The notes under the pieces: model-generated
Database searches by the model: none
Told to the model about the DNA's origin: nothing
The model's input: only the letters and a program-made list of their open reading frames with translations
Origin: Camelus ferus
Taxonomy: Eukaryota
NCBI RefSeq assembly: GCF_009834535.1
Contig: NC_045697.1
Coordinates: 84,508,001-84,572,000 of the forward strand
Length of the DNA: 64,000 nucleotides
Direction: 5' to 3'
In this document: piece by piece, positions 49,890 through 63,880 of the stretch
How the letters are laid out: every line of letters starts with the position of its first letter
How positions within the stretch are numbered: position 1 is the stretch's first letter
Made by a program: the position numbers and the translations under genes

Positions 49890-50600
49890 TTAGTTTATTT
49901 CAATAGATTCCTTACTGAATCTCTAGTATTACCAAGTACCAGAGGAATAAAGGTGAATGAAATATGGTCCCAGAGAAATACAGACATACATAGAACATTT
50001 CAAAATAATATGAGAGAAGTATGTGCGGGGCACTGTGAGTTTGAAAGAGACTTTCCTTATTCAGCTTGAGGAACAAAGAGTGGGCACAATTTCTGGAGGA
50101 GGGGATGTCTGGGATGATTCTTAAGGGATGAACATGTGTGACCACGTTTAGGGGTGAGAGAAGGTAGTGACTAAAAGTTGAGAAGATTGTTTCTGTCACA
50201 GAGAGCAGTGCTGAATGAACAACAGGATGAGAGGGGGGAACTCTGTGTAGTTTTGTATTAATAGAAAGCAAAATATGAGGTGTGGGTTTCTGGGAGGTCA
50301 GGCAGGGCTGGCAAGGGCGGGCTACCTAGGCTGATGAAGGTTTGGCCTTTGGCATATATTTGAAGAGACCTGTTGAAGTATGCTGAGACCTGTTGAAGTA
50401 TCCTAAGACCTGCATTCATAGTCAGATCTGCACTGCTGCTATTTACATAACTCTGGTGACAGTGTGGAGGGTGTATTTTAAGAAAGCAAATCCAGAGGCC
50501 TTTTTAATGCTTCAGTGAGGCATGATAAGAACTTGAATTTGGCCAAAGATAGAGTCAGGGAGATGGAGGGCACAATTAAGAAAGAGTAAGGAGGCATCTA
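49890..50600 (-). mobile_element. L2 relic
   Basis: tttatttcaatagattccttactga...ttctggaggaggggatgtct...ctctggtgacagtgtggagg. Confidence 0.6.
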
Positions 50601-50604
50601 CTTA

Positions 50605-50838
50605 AGACAGCGCTAGTTGATCCGGAAAGAGCACAGCTTGAAGGGTGAGAGAGAGACCTGAACTTGAACCCCAGCTTCATCACTTAAGGGTTTGAGCCCT
50701 TTACAATTTTAAAATTTTTTGTATCTCTGAAAGTGAGGGCAACACTTCTTTGTGTTACCATGAGAATTAGACATAACCTGAAGTGCCTGAAACAGTGCTT
50801 GAATGTAGTGTCAATAAATGGTTACTAGTATTACTATT
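50605..50838 (+). mobile_element. MIR SINE
   Basis: gaaagagcacagctt...agacctgaacttgaaccccagctt...aagtgcctgaaacagtgctt...tcaataaatggttact. Confidence 0.75.
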
Positions 50839-51134
50839 AACATCTCTGAAACTCAGTCATCTCTCCTATATTATAGATTTGTTGTGATGTTACAGCAAGA
50901 CAGTGTGTGTTCATGGTCAGTAACCTTTTGGATAAAGAATCTTTTCAGAAAAACATGTTTTATGCACTGCATTTTCCCCATTGGAAAAAAATAACTTTGA
51001 AACTCATTGAAAAATACTGTTTTTGTAACCAATGCAGTTTATTGTTTTATTGAATAAAAGCAAACTGGTGAGACTACTGGCCACTGAAGTGCTCATAATA
51101 AGCATCCTTGAGAAGTAGCTGAATGGAGTTACTA

Positions 51135-51352
51135 CATTATAGTGATTAAGAGTATAGGAGCTGGGATCAGACTGGTGGTTGATTGTATGTCTCTGGGCAA
51201 GTTAGCTTACCTCTCTGTGCCTTAGTTTCTTTATTTCTAAATGGCTATACCTCCTAAGATATTCGTGAGAGTTATATGAGATAATCACTCATGTAAACTG
51301 TTCAGCTGTATGCTGGGTACATACTAAGGATTTATAAATAGTGACCATTATT
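51135..51352 (+). mobile_element. MIR SINE
   Basis: atagtgattaagagtataggagctgggatcagact...gggcaagtt...ctctctgtgccttagtttc. Confidence 0.8.
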
Positions 51353-54300
51353 TTTTGGAGAGCTTGTTCAAAAGAATGACTGTTCATGCACTAACTCATT
51401 TAATTAAAAAAGAAAAAGAAAAGGAAAGGAAAAAAAAAAAAACCAGCCAAAGCTGGGTATTACTATCATACCTTGCTTGCAAGCATGAGAATGTAGACTG
51501 AGAGGTGAATTATGCTGTTAAAGGTCACAGAGCAAGAAAGCAGTAGAGCTGAGGCTAGAATTAGTTCATTCTATTCAGTGTTGCATTTCCTGAGTCTGTT
51601 GTGTCTCCTACTATGTTAGTGACCCTCTCTCCCCACCCCATCCCAACTTAGGTCTTAGTCTCTCCGAGGTTGTAGGGTAATCTCTGCTTAAGCAAAATGC
51701 ATCCACAAACTATAACATGTGTTGTGGTTTCCTGGAAGGGCTGACCACTGCTCTACTGTGCACTGAGCTCTGGAGGGTGCAGTCTGCATAGGGTCTCAGC
51801 TCTAGTTTGGCTCCTCCTCCCATGAGTGAGGGATACTCCTGGCCAGTTCCCTGCCTCCCACTCACACCAAGACCTGCTGAATTTGAGTGTACATTTCCAG
51901 AGTCAAGAAACTTTAGTGATGCTCCTCTACGGATCCTAGATCGCTCCTTTCTTCCACTCCAACAGCCTCATTCTCTCTGTTTCGTGTGAGCCAATAGGCT
52001 ATAGGCTTAACTACCACATGAGTAAGGTCATGGGTTTCTTAGTGATGGACACTGTGAAAACACTTTTCAGACCAAGCCATAGATAGATATATTATAAGCC
52101 ATAATAGTAATAATAATAGTAAGCAGTGTAGAAGATAATGGCTAGAAGAAGCTCGTCTGTCAGTGGACATGTTCACTTATGGGCAGGCTCTACTTATCAT
52201 GTATCAGCTATTCCCATTTTTACATACAGGGACAGGTAGAGAAAAGCATGGAAATTTGATTTGCTTTTCAGATAAATATATACACACCCACCTCATACTC
52301 AAAGATAAGACACCAGATAGCTGTTGAGGACTTCGATAGAAGTAGAAGTAACAGTTTCCTGATCTCGACTTCTTCAGTGCATTTTGACCTCCTCCTCGTG
52401 TTCCCACGATTATATAATAGGCCTTGTGCTCTGAAGTTTCTTAGCTTTGGCACACTCTTCTCTTTAGGTGAATCAACATCAAGATTTGCACAGTCATAAT
52501 TGTCATTATGGTTTTATCTACTTTCCCCTGCTTGTTTTTATGAGGACATTTTGGTGAGACTATGAGTAAGTGTCTCTAATTGAAAAAGGAAAAAAGAAAA
52601 ATTAAATTGACCCTGGAAGAAAATTGTTCTGTATATCCGTTATCTACCTTCACTTGTAGTGCCAAAGAAGTTGCTTATAGAGCACAGATGCCCCAGTAAT
52701 GTTAATTATAGAAGTCACTCATCAGTTGAAATAAAAAGGGAAGTAGCTTTGAACTCCTTTAAATCTAGCCTAGAACTACACTAATTCATGAATAAATAAT
52801 CTTTTTTGGAGAAACATCAACTATCATGTCCATATATGTTTAAAGGCTTTTATATGGTGGGTTTGATTTCTGTCTCAGTGTCAGTTGCTGTGTTTCATCA
52901 AGTAACTGCCACAGGCTCCTGCCTAAGCATAGCATTTTTGGTGACTCTGTTACCAATAAGCAAGATTTTAAAGCATAACAAAACAAAACACTAGCCATCA
53001 GTCAAAAGTTTGCCATTTGTCTGCTTTTTGAAGGGGCAGCAAATGAGTTGCAGATGGACAACTATTTACAGTTCCCCAGTGTGTCCTAAGGGCTTGGCGG
53101 ATGTTTTCTGCAGTGTCACCACCACATAGTATTTAAAACTTCCACTTGAAAGGCGCTCTTGCTTAAGAGAGAGTAGGCAAAAGTGAATTATTCCTTCGTG
53201 GGCGGCCCATAGAATTGTAGGAGTGTGAGTGGTCTATTACACTTTTCTCCAGGCCGGGATTGTTACTCTTGTTGTGAAGGATGGACTCAGAGAAAGAAAA
53301 AGGTCTGTGCATTTACATGTAGGAGTGATGCTGGGCAGACACACTGGCTTTCTTTTGGTTTCTCCTTTTCCTCTCCAGAGCACTGTCCTACTAGTGATAC
53401 TCTGAAAATGCATCTTCAGGTGGCCACCGTTCTCCCATTGCATAGGGCTTGGCCCAGATGTCACTTCCTTACAGACAGTTTTGTCCCCACAACTACTCTT
53501 TATTGTTGCACTCAGCTATTTTCTTCATATCATCTCCCACAAGTTTCATATATGTGTACTTAAAAAAAAAAGATCATTTCTTTTGGACTATAACCTACAG
53601 AATTTACATCTCTTTAGCTCATCACTCTTTATCCACGATAAAATGTTGAAGAGAGTAGGCACTCAGTAGAAGTTTAATTGAATAGATGTGGAATGAAGGG
53701 TTTTATAGAACTAACATATCCCCTAGGTTAGAACTAACACAACCCTTAGGTCTTTATCTGCCTTATTAATGTTGCTCATTATAACTTTTCAAAATTAATT
53801 ACATTTAACAAAATTACTATGTTACTTTAGTGGGAAAAATGATTTTCTCAGCTTTTTTTTTTTTTTTTTTAGCAGCTAGCATAGAGCTCCTTTTGGAGAG
53901 AGAGCTTTTCCTCTAAAAAAATACCTATGTAGTTCACTTTGGAGCAAGGGAGACACTAAGGCATGGTTTATACTACTAAAGTGAAGAAAGTTGCTGAATA
54001 AAATGCTTTGTATAAGATGTTAATAGTAATCTGAAGTTGGAGAAGGGAGCCATGCAACGTGGTAGGACTCTGGAATCTTCAAAAAAAGTATGTAAGTTAA
54101 GCGGGTAAACGGTTTCTTGTGGCATGATAACCAAAGTCTTCAGAGTACACAGCTCTCTAATTTCTGGTTTAAGACTCTTGTTTTGACATTAATCACTTTT
54201 ATAGCACCAAAATTTGGAAAAGTCTGCTACATACATACATTTTGGAGAGAAGTTTGGGAAAACCAATGAAAAGGGACTATACCTACTTCTGGTTACTCTG

Positions 54301-55819
54301 TAACTCGAGCTGGAACAGCTGCAGCAGTGACTTGGTGGGTGTTACTTAAATGTCAGTGGCCTCATTCTATCATTTTAAGTTGTACCTTAAATGCACATCT
54401 TGAAAATACTTTGGCTGGTTTCTTTTGGGCTTCCAGAAATATCTGACTGCATTGAATGATGCATGAAGTTTCAGAACCATGATATATACATACAATATAA
54501 TCAGTGGTTAAAAATAAAGTGTTTGGTATTTTTTTGTGGCATGTTAAAAAAAAAAAACAAACCCAAAGGTGTGAGTTACTAGTGATTTCTGTTTTAATGG
54601 TGGGAATTTGTGCTTTCTATTTCAATTCTCTGTAGAAATCTTTCATTATAACAACAGTTTCCCAGGGGAAGTCTGGGGAATCCTAGGCTGTGCACCCTGT
54701 GAGAGACGTTTGCTTCCTGTCTTGGCTGGGAGAAGATGCTGAGGCCCTGAGAGGCTAGTAGTTTCCCTCTTGCAGTCCAGCCCCTATCCAGGGGCTTCCT
54801 TCTGAAGAAGGAAGGCTCTTGGGTGATTCTGGGGCTCTTTTTTGATGCCTTAATCTCTGGAGTATTATTGGTTTTCCATTTTTGTTGTCATTGAGAGTAT
54901 GACTCATAGGTCTGCACCTTTTTCAAAACCAGCCAAGGCTCGGGAAACACCTGCTAAATACAAAATCCACATACTAGAAGACATTCACTTTCTCTCACTA
55001 CACCAGACACACAGTTGAGGTGACGTTGTGTGATGGACATTTGAAAGAATTACTGATTTTCCTTTTTTGGGATGTAAAAATGAATAATGAAAACTCAATT
55101 TTTTTTTACCTTTTTAGTTTAAAAATTATAGAATGTTAATACCTTGTTAAAATATATAAATCCATAAATTACCAGTTACTGCCAAGCCACAAGTAAAAGT
55201 ATGCTTTTGTTTATACAAAATGAACCTGACTGTATTCTTACAGTTTTGTGCACTTCATGAGTTTCCCTCTTAAACCTCCAAGGGAAGAAAATTCCCCCCT
55301 GACTACTATTTTGCAGAAAGTCTCTTTCTTTGAGATGCCTTTAGTATATGGCTAAGGCATAGATTCAGAGAGGCCTTTACAAATGGACTTAGAGCAGATT
55401 CTTATCTGATTCTTCAGCTGAGTTTATATATTCTCATATCTTCTCTTAAATTACTCAGTGTTGCTTCAGTTGTGCAGTGTCCTTAAATGCATTTCTGCAC
55501 CAGGGTCATTTGTGTTCAGTTGAACTTCTAGGAAAAAAATGTACAGGAAGGTGGCAGTGCTTAGAGGTAACAAACAAAGGCTTTGTACTTTAGAATCAGA
55601 TAGCGCTGGTTACCTTAGTCATGCTGCTTAATATCTATGATGAAAATCATTTTGCACAACTGTAGAATCATGCATTTAGGATGACTTCTGCTACATCAGG
55701 TGCTGTGGTTTAAATGGCAGTTATGGAACCATATTGGAAGTTGAATAGCTACAATATGTAATTTAGCTTTTAGGGTATTAGCTTATTAATATTTGTTTAT
55801 CTGCAGCTCTCTCTGCATA

Positions 55820-56170
55820 AAACATCTGTCTCTTCCTTGTTTATTTGCCTAGTTAATCTGTCATCTTTCAAGATGTATTTCAACATTGTGGCTTGCAAGG
55901 AGTCTTCCCTGACTTCTTGGTCTCTGTTATATACCTGTTCTATCAGCTCCAGTTTCTTGCCCTAACATGTGGTGTTAAAATTGTTTCTTGATCTGCACAT
56001 TTCCTTGACTTTTCTCTGAGCTTGTGAAAGCAGGAATCATCATCATCATCATTATTTTATTATATTATATTTTTATTTTTATCATTGCATCCTCCTTGTG
56101 AATCACAGGTATCATTCTGGTACAGAGTCAGCTCGTGATAAGTATTGATTTAATGAATTACTCATTTATT
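55820..56170 (+). mobile_element. L2 3' end
   Basis: ctttcaagatgtatttcaa...gtcttccctgact...ctgagcttgtgaaagcaggaatcat...taatgaatta. Confidence 0.55.
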
Positions 56171-56284
56171 GATTCTTCAGGTAATGTTTACATTTCCAAG
56201 GGGAATAATCACTTGTGTTAAAAAAAAACAGCAGTGCAAATCACATGCTCTATTTCTAGCTTTATGGTATGCTTTTAGTAGAAG

Positions 56285-56570
56285 AATGATGAATGTTAGA
56301 CAGGAAAGAGGACTTGAAATTCATGTAATTCAGTAAAAAATTTTACATGGGAAGAAACCAAGATCCAGAGAACTTAAGCGCTTTATCTGACATCATAGAG
56401 CTTGTTAATGACAGAAGCAGTATTTCAGAGAGGGAGGCTCTGTTCAAAGGTGAATGTTTATGGGTTTGAGGTCACACCTGTGTTGAACTGCGGTTTAGCC
56501 CCTTGGCTCTGTTGCATTGGCTAAAACATTGACTTTTCTCACCCTTAGTTTCTTCACCTCTGATTTGAAG
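56285..56570. mobile_element. Two adjacent MIR fragments in opposite orientations
   Basis: Minus: ttttacatgggaagaaaccaagatccagaga. Plus: ccttagtttcttcacctctg. Confidence 0.55.
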
Positions 56571-58281
56571 ACGGTGTTCAGGAAAGAGAGTGAGGATAGA
56601 AAACTGTTCTTATGAGCATTTTAAGAGTTACTACGTGAGAAAGTGTTTCACAGTTGTATGGGCCCATACAATAATAGCCATGACTACTTAGTCTTTCATT
56701 CTTTTACAATCCTTGAGCCTGTCTCTGACCCTGAGGGAAAACACTTAACCAAGTCTCTGAATTACTATTTATTTCACAACAAATAAGTGTGGATAGTCTT
56801 TCTTGTTTTAATAAAGACCTTTGCTATTAAGTTATTAAGTACTCCTCGCAATCACCTAATAAGGAAACAGATATCAATTTGATTTGTATCTAGACTCTCT
56901 CTCCTTCCCATCAATTTAATTTTCTAAGACAAGCTGTCTTGATTTTGCCCTGCAAATAATAAGTTATTTATGAATTCCTTTCTAAATTAAAGATAATTAT
57001 AAGTACTCATTTTCTTGAGATTAATGTTTAGAAGTGAACTGGGACACAGAATATTTTTGGACTCTTATTTTGCCATACTAAAATAATGCTGACATTTGAT
57101 CATCATGCTAAGCTATTCTGATCACTGCTTAGCCATTAGACCTCTAATGCCTGGGAGTTTGTGCTAATACATGAATATTTAGGACTGACATTCAGAGCTA
57201 AGGCTTCTAGTTGCTCAGTGGTCAACATGATGATAAGGGGAAGGAAAAAGGAGGCATAAATGGAGTGGAAAGTCTGGCCTGAGGCAAAGTTGTGAGGCGA
57301 GTCAGTTTAATCTTCACTTTTTTCTCAGGTCTCTGTACCTTCTGTCCATGCTTTATTTTTGGACACCCTCTTTACAGAACTTTTCTCCCGGATCTCTAAA
57401 ACCATGCTGCTACCCTTGTTATTGAGAGCTTGTTACAGCTGTGCCTTCCTCTTTCCTCTAGAAGGTCAAAGCAGCTGGTTCTTGTACCTGGCAAATGGAA
57501 GGCTGCCCTTCCATGCTGGGCTCACCTTCACTTTTCAGGTGAGATACTGACTGTAACAGTTTTCCATCTGTGTTCATGCTGCTACTTCTGTTATCAAGTC
57601 CAAGGCAAAGCAGAGGCGTTAACAGTTCAAAACACCTCTGGCTGTTTACTCCCCAGAATGTCCAGTATTGTTTTTCAATTAATATATCTAATTTTAAGGA
57701 AACTCTAGAGAATATAAATTTGCTTCGTTTTAGTTGACTCTTCAGTTTTAATTCTTTACTCCACAGGCAAAAATTTAGTCTAATCTTTCTACCGTTTGAT
57801 GAACTTTCACTTCTTTGCAGAGGGTTGTGGTTACTGTCCTTCATAAGGCCTTTTCAGCTCATATTTAAATATCAACTTGTCATTTTCCTTTAGCCAATAT
57901 GGCCAGCAGTTCCTTAACTAGCCTGTTTGTTTCCTTTTGGAGTATTTTTCAGTTTTTCTAATAGTATGGTGGCTAGAGACACATTTTCTGACGCCCTTGA
58001 CCTCAAACTATTTGTACAAGAAGTTAATGTTTCTCTTTCCCCTTTGCTGACTCTCTATGGGTCCTTTTCTCTCTTGCCTTCTCCTTTGCTTTCCTTTCCT
58101 ACTGAATCTTCTTTCAGTTTCTTTTTTTTGTCATTCTCATAGAACTGAGTAAAATTTTCATTAAATAGTTTTATTTGCATGTATTTTTTGTGCTTTGTGT
58201 TAATTGTTAATTATGCTTTTATAAAAATAATGCATATTTTTGAATAAATAATAAATTCCAAAAATATATGAACATTACAGA

Positions 58282-58501
58282 TAAACAACAAGTTTATATT
58301 TATAGCACAGGGAACTATATTCAATATCTTGTAGTAACTTACGGTGAAAAAGAATATGAAAATGGATATATGTGTGTTCCTATGTGACTGAAGCATTGTG
58401 CAGTACACCAGAAACTGACACAACATTGTAAACAGCCTATACTTCAATAAAAATATATTACAAATAAATAAAATTAAAAAACAAAAAGAAGAACTAATGA
58501 A
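58282..58501 (+). mobile_element. Young 5'-truncated L1 stub with a perfect flanking duplication, inserted in an old L1ME-like 3' end (~58200-58640)
   Basis: Identical aaaaatatatgaacattacaga at 58260-58281 and 58502-58523; the body matches the other L1 3'UTRs in this window. Confidence 0.93.
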
Positions 58502-61282
58502 AAAAATATATGAACATTACAGAAGTTTTTAAGGGAAAAGTAAAAGTTCTTGTTGTCCCTTACTGACTTCCTATTCTACTCCCTAATATAAACTCTGTTA
58601 ACGGTTTCTTGTGTGTTCCTCCAGACCTTTTCTATGTAAATCAGGTAGATACATGCCAGTTCTAAATTTCAAATAAGAGCCTCTGGTTGTGAAATATCTC
58701 ACTTTAATTTTTATACCTGAACTTAGTTTATTTATGAAGCTCCCATTATCCAGATTAGCTCTGAGTTCTGGGAGACTGAATAGTGTTAAGAGGGCAGGAG
58801 CCTTTGATTTGGATCAGTCATCCTTCTGTACTAGTCCTTACCTTTTTATCCTTTTTTTTTTTTTTTTCCTTTGGTTGTTATTATGGCCCTATTTGGTCAT
58901 TTCTTCTCACAGATTTTTTGCCTTAAAATTGACCTTTTACTAGTATAAGTATTTGACTTAACAACCCTACCCTAAATGTCACTGTGTGAAGGTATTTGCT
59001 CAAAGCCAGTTTCTTTGAGAGGAGCCCTCTAATTCTTTGCCTGGGGGCAGAAATCTGGCTCTTATATCTGTGTATATGTGGCGAAGGGGGTAGAGTTGGG
59101 AGTTGATTGTTCTGTATATGCAAATTTTCAGTAATTTGCTTATTTTCAGTGCCATGTCTCACTTCTGCCCTCTGTAGTACCTGACATTCCCAAGCTCTGT
59201 GTGGTTCTGTGACCTTGATAGGGTCCCATCTCAGCTAAGTCCCCCTCAATGCATCTTGTAGGCCAGAGCTTCTGAACCACTATGCCAGGTGGATTGCAAG
59301 TAGTTAGCAAGACATTGATAATTACACACTTTTTATCGTGACAAGAATTTAAAAACATTTTTATTATCCTTTAAAAGATTTACAGCAGTTTTTAGTTAAC
59401 ATTTTTTGACTTCTTGATTTTAGTAATTGTTATTTTAATGCACAGGACTTTGCAGAGCACCTCTTGTCAGAGAGCAACAGAGCATCCCACTTTTTCTGTT
59501 ACTTCCAGAAGGATCATTTTTAAAATCTTCAATGATATTCTTTGTTTTGAGTGTGAGTATGAAATATTTAATGCTTCAGCAGACCACTCTGGTTAGTATG
59601 GTGTATCATGCAGAACCTCCTGCAAACCAGGCTGCTTTTCCCTTCCTCAGTCAGCTGGCCCTGGGGAGCTCCCAAGGTGTCCATGAGTGGTATTCCTGAA
59701 AGGAGGAGTGACAGCACAGCAGCAGCAGGTGGGGGCCCTATGTTCATCCAGTTTACTTGTGCCTTTAGATCATGCTAGTCCAATCCTGTACATGCCACTT
59801 CCACATGGCAACTTTATGGCTTCCTGGAGCAAAAAACCCCCAGTTCATGATGAACAATCCTATTTCCTGTTACTTGGTACTCAGAGTTAAGTCTCAGTCT
59901 CCACCAAGGAGCCTGGTAGCAAGAGAACATCTGTTTTGTAAGAGAAGACTATTCACCCTCTAAAAGTGGGCCAGCATGTCTCCTAAATCGTAGTGGTCTG
60001 TCTGTAAATCTTCAGTCAGACCCAGATCCAGTTACTGTTGGTTCCTTACCACAGTCTGTTTGCTGCAGACCTTTTGATCAACAATAGTTCTTCTGGATCC
60101 CCACTTCAATTGCTGGATACAAAGCTTCTTGTGCTGCAGACTGGGTTACCTAGAATATTGGCTTCTACTTAAGATTGGCAGCGTGCAAATTATTTATTTA
60201 ATGAATTAGTGGAAGAAATATATACAAATATTTTCTCCAAAGTTCAAAAAGCTCCCCCTAAAGTGTCATGCCTCTATTTTTGTGATAAGGAAGCAAGGTC
60301 CAGCACCTTGCCTTTCACTTTGGAGGGGCTATCCATACCCTGATATGTCTTGGACTCAAGGACTTCCTAAAACTTCAGAGTTGGAAGGATACTGATTTTC
60401 CTAGGAGTCATCTCTCTCTGTGTGCAGAGTTCCTGTCACTACCTGCTCACCCTCTCGTGTTCCTGCTAACCAGATTCTATCAGAATTACATCATCGGTAG
60501 GGGGATCAGCACCGTGGCTTCTGGAATGATGAGATAATACAAGTATTTGCAGACCAAACTGTGACACAGCCAAGAGCTAAAGAAGAAGAATAATGATGAC
60601 CCTAACCTTCTGACCCTGCTGGCTGAAGGAGAGAGTGTGTGTGTGTGACAGAGACAGAAAGAGAAAGAGAATTGGAGCATACAGTGTATCAGGGCCATGT
60701 TGCTTTGTTCTAGTAAAGAGCCTACGTAGTGATCAGCACCTGACTAAGTTAATAGTAATCTGTTGATTTTTCTATGATCAGTCTGTTTTCTACATAGGCC
60801 AAACAGGCCAGTTAAGTGGAAATTGAATGGAATTTGTAATCCCAGTATTTTTTAAGTATTCAGTAGATGTACTAGTATCTGAAATCCTCTTAGGAGTGCA
60901 GAATTGATTTTGACTCAGTATTTTGTGGGAGAGGATTTATTCCTGAGGCTCTCATTTTGCTATTTCCACCATTATATCTTTTATTCTTAATTCAGGGTTC
61001 CAGTGTTATGATTCTGTCAGTAGCTGAGTATGCCTATTCCAACTGAGCATTCAGAACTAAGGAAATAACCACAAACATGTTTTCAGATGTATGAGGCCTA
61101 TACTGAGATGAAATTGAGCCAAAGCTCCAGTTATAAATCATCCCCTGAGTATACCCTTTCTGATTCTTAAAAAAAATGGCATTCTGGACTGGATCTTCAG
61201 GGGCTTATGTCATCTCAGAATCAGTATCCAATTATTACTGGAAGGTACGAGTAGTTCCTTTTCTCAGCATATAGTTCCCCTG

Positions 61283-61795
61283 TGTATTAGTCAGGGTTCT
61301 CCAGAGAAACACAACCAATTGGATATATATAGATATATATGAGAAGATTTATTTTGGGAATCAGCTCACATGATTATAGGGACTGAGATCTGCCATCTGC
61401 AAGCTGGAGAGCCTGGAAAACCAGGAGTATAACTCAGTCCATGTCCAGAGGCCGAAGAACTAGGGGAGCTGTTAGTCTAACTTCTAGTTTAAGGCTGAAG
61501 GCTTAGGAACCAGGAGCTCCAATGTCTGAGAGCAGGAGAAGGTGGATGTCCCAGCTCAAGAAGAGAGAGGGAGAATTCATTCTTTCTCTGCTTTTTTCGT
61601 TCTGTTTGGGCTTTCAATGGACTGGATGATACCAGCCCACAGTGGTGAGGGAAGATCTTTTTTACCTAGTGTGTGTGATTCAAATGCTAACCTCTTCCAG
61701 AAGCACCCTCACAGACACTCCCAGGTATAATATTTTACCAACTGTCTGGTCATCTCTTAGCTCATTCATATTTACACATAAAATCAATCCTAACA
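61283..61795 (-). mobile_element. ERVL solo LTR, MLT2B-like
   Basis: tgtattagtcagggttctccagagaaac...gcaagctggaga...caaatgctaacctcttccagaagcaccctcacagacac...acacataaaatcaa. Confidence 0.88.
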
Positions 61796-63304
61796 AATGG
61801 CCCTAGTCTCTTTGGAATAGGCTTCTAGGAATATTCTAGGAAGATTTATACTTGTGGTATTATTGCAAAATCTCTCCTGAAATGTACCTGGTCTCACCTT
61901 AATTTAGGGGTTTTGGGTATGTTTACTGACCCAGGCCTGGAAATTGATTGAGGAGCCTTAAATCTTTTATGGTGACTCAAGTCAGGCCTCTGTTGAACAG
62001 ATGCAGGTTTTTATTGATGTTATACAAATCAAGCTGAATCTTAGTAAAACTGCCCATTTTTCTCAGTCCTTCATGGACTAGCCCATACCAAAGATCCTTG
62101 CAGGTCAAATCATTTTGATAGTCACTCTGGCTCTACTGTCCATCATGGGCATCTTGCCCATTTTGCTTTTCCTGGTTAAGTAATGCTCTGTCTGCTCATT
62201 GAAATCAGGGAGGCCATTGAAATAGAAGCATCTTTCAATCTAGAAGGACAGCAACTCTGGAGCTATAGTGCTTTTCAGAGAAGGTGGTTTTCAATCTTCC
62301 TTGACTGACTAAAGCAATGTATTTCTCAGTGCTTTGGTGTGGGCAATATACTCTGAGCCCTCTCAGGGGATCTAGTTAGGAGATCGTTATACCTGATTAA
62401 TCTGTTCCAACACTTCTGTTCTTTTATCTTGGGATTGCTTCCTGAACAATTTTCCAAGGAATTTTTTGGCATATCAAGTTCATTTAATTAAAGTGTAGCC
62501 ATGTCTATAAATTCATCCTGGTCTATAATTTTGTTCCTTTCTCCATGGTCTAATACTCTTAGAATCTATGTTCATGATATTCTCCAGATTAACCACAGTG
62601 TAAAATTAAAAACAAAACATTTTATTTTGGGGTATAAGTTGTTCACTTTCTGAATTAGACTTTGTACCATCCTCACCATGAAATGTTTGGATTTGATTCT
62701 AGTTAACAATCTTGAGGCAATGAAAGATGGAAGGAATGGAACATAAGAAAACTTGTCATTAATTTCAAAAGTATCCTATTCAGATGAGGCCAGTAGAGGA
62801 TCTTAGGTCTGGCAGGTCTCTGCTCATCAGACAGGGAAGGAGGAACTGCTTCTGCTGACCAGGGTGGCCCCCAGGAACTTAGGGATCTGGGGAACTCAGA
62901 GCTATCTGAGTCTACCCAAATGCCTACATTCAAATTAATCAGGCTACCACTGTGTCCCAAACAATGTCCTGAATCTTCCAGAAACACTTGATGAGGTTGA
63001 GAATTGACGTATATTCACCATACCTTGAGCTGGAACTTAAAATCCTGCACTGGTTATTTCCTTTTTATTAGCCTCAATAATGTAGTTAGAAGACATTATT
63101 AACAACCCCGTGAACTTCACATTCTTTATTTTTACCATAATATTTTATGGTAGCAGCTACTTGGTCTGTCAAAACATTGACTCCCAAATGCACTTCATTC
63201 CAGGTGATTACAGGTGATAAACTAAGTAACTGTTTTACCAATGGATACTGTGAATTTCCCTAAGTCCCACCATTCAGTTCTTGTAGGAGACTTTCTCTGT
63301 TGAA

Positions 63305-63699
63305 GCCTATTTAGATCAGATAGCAAATTCCAGATTTTCATTTCTTTGGTACTCTGTTGTGGAGATACACAGTTGCAGAGGGCAGAATGTAGCTTGCTTA
63401 TTAATACAGGAACTTACTATAATGTATTATATGGGCTACAGAAATTTTAGAAGGGTTGAAGAAGCAAGTTTCAGGCTGAGCTTCCAGAAATGGTTCCCAG
63501 AGCTACAGAACAGAAGTGGTCACCAGTGCAGTTGGTATTCCTGCTGAAATGAGGATGCTGGGAAGCTATCACTGTGGTTGCTAGCTGGAGAACCTTGCTG
63601 CAGCTGGTATGACCCACACCAGTGGAAGATACGCTTCATTTTGTGATTCTCTTGTCACCTCCTCAGTTCTGAATTTGAATCGTGTGTGCTCTCTCTCTG

Positions 63700-63731
<32 letters not shown>

Positions 63732-63880
63732 ACACACACACACACACGGAACCTAAATCATATTAGAACTTCATCTGCAAATTCATCTGGGAGATGTAGT
63801 TTTCATAGTTTTCATCTTTCCAGTATTTATAGTATACTAGGAGAATATCCCAATACAGGTTGAGAGAGAGGGTTAGTCTA
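63305..63880. mobile_element. Ancient LTR relic, LTR78-like
   Basis: ggaacctaaatcatattagaac...ctgcaa...tctgggagatgtagttt resembles ancient LTR78-group elements; family uncertain. Confidence 0.4.
63689..63747. repeat. (TC)/(TCTCTG)n/(CA)n compound microsatellite
   Basis: Seen directly. Confidence 0.95.
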
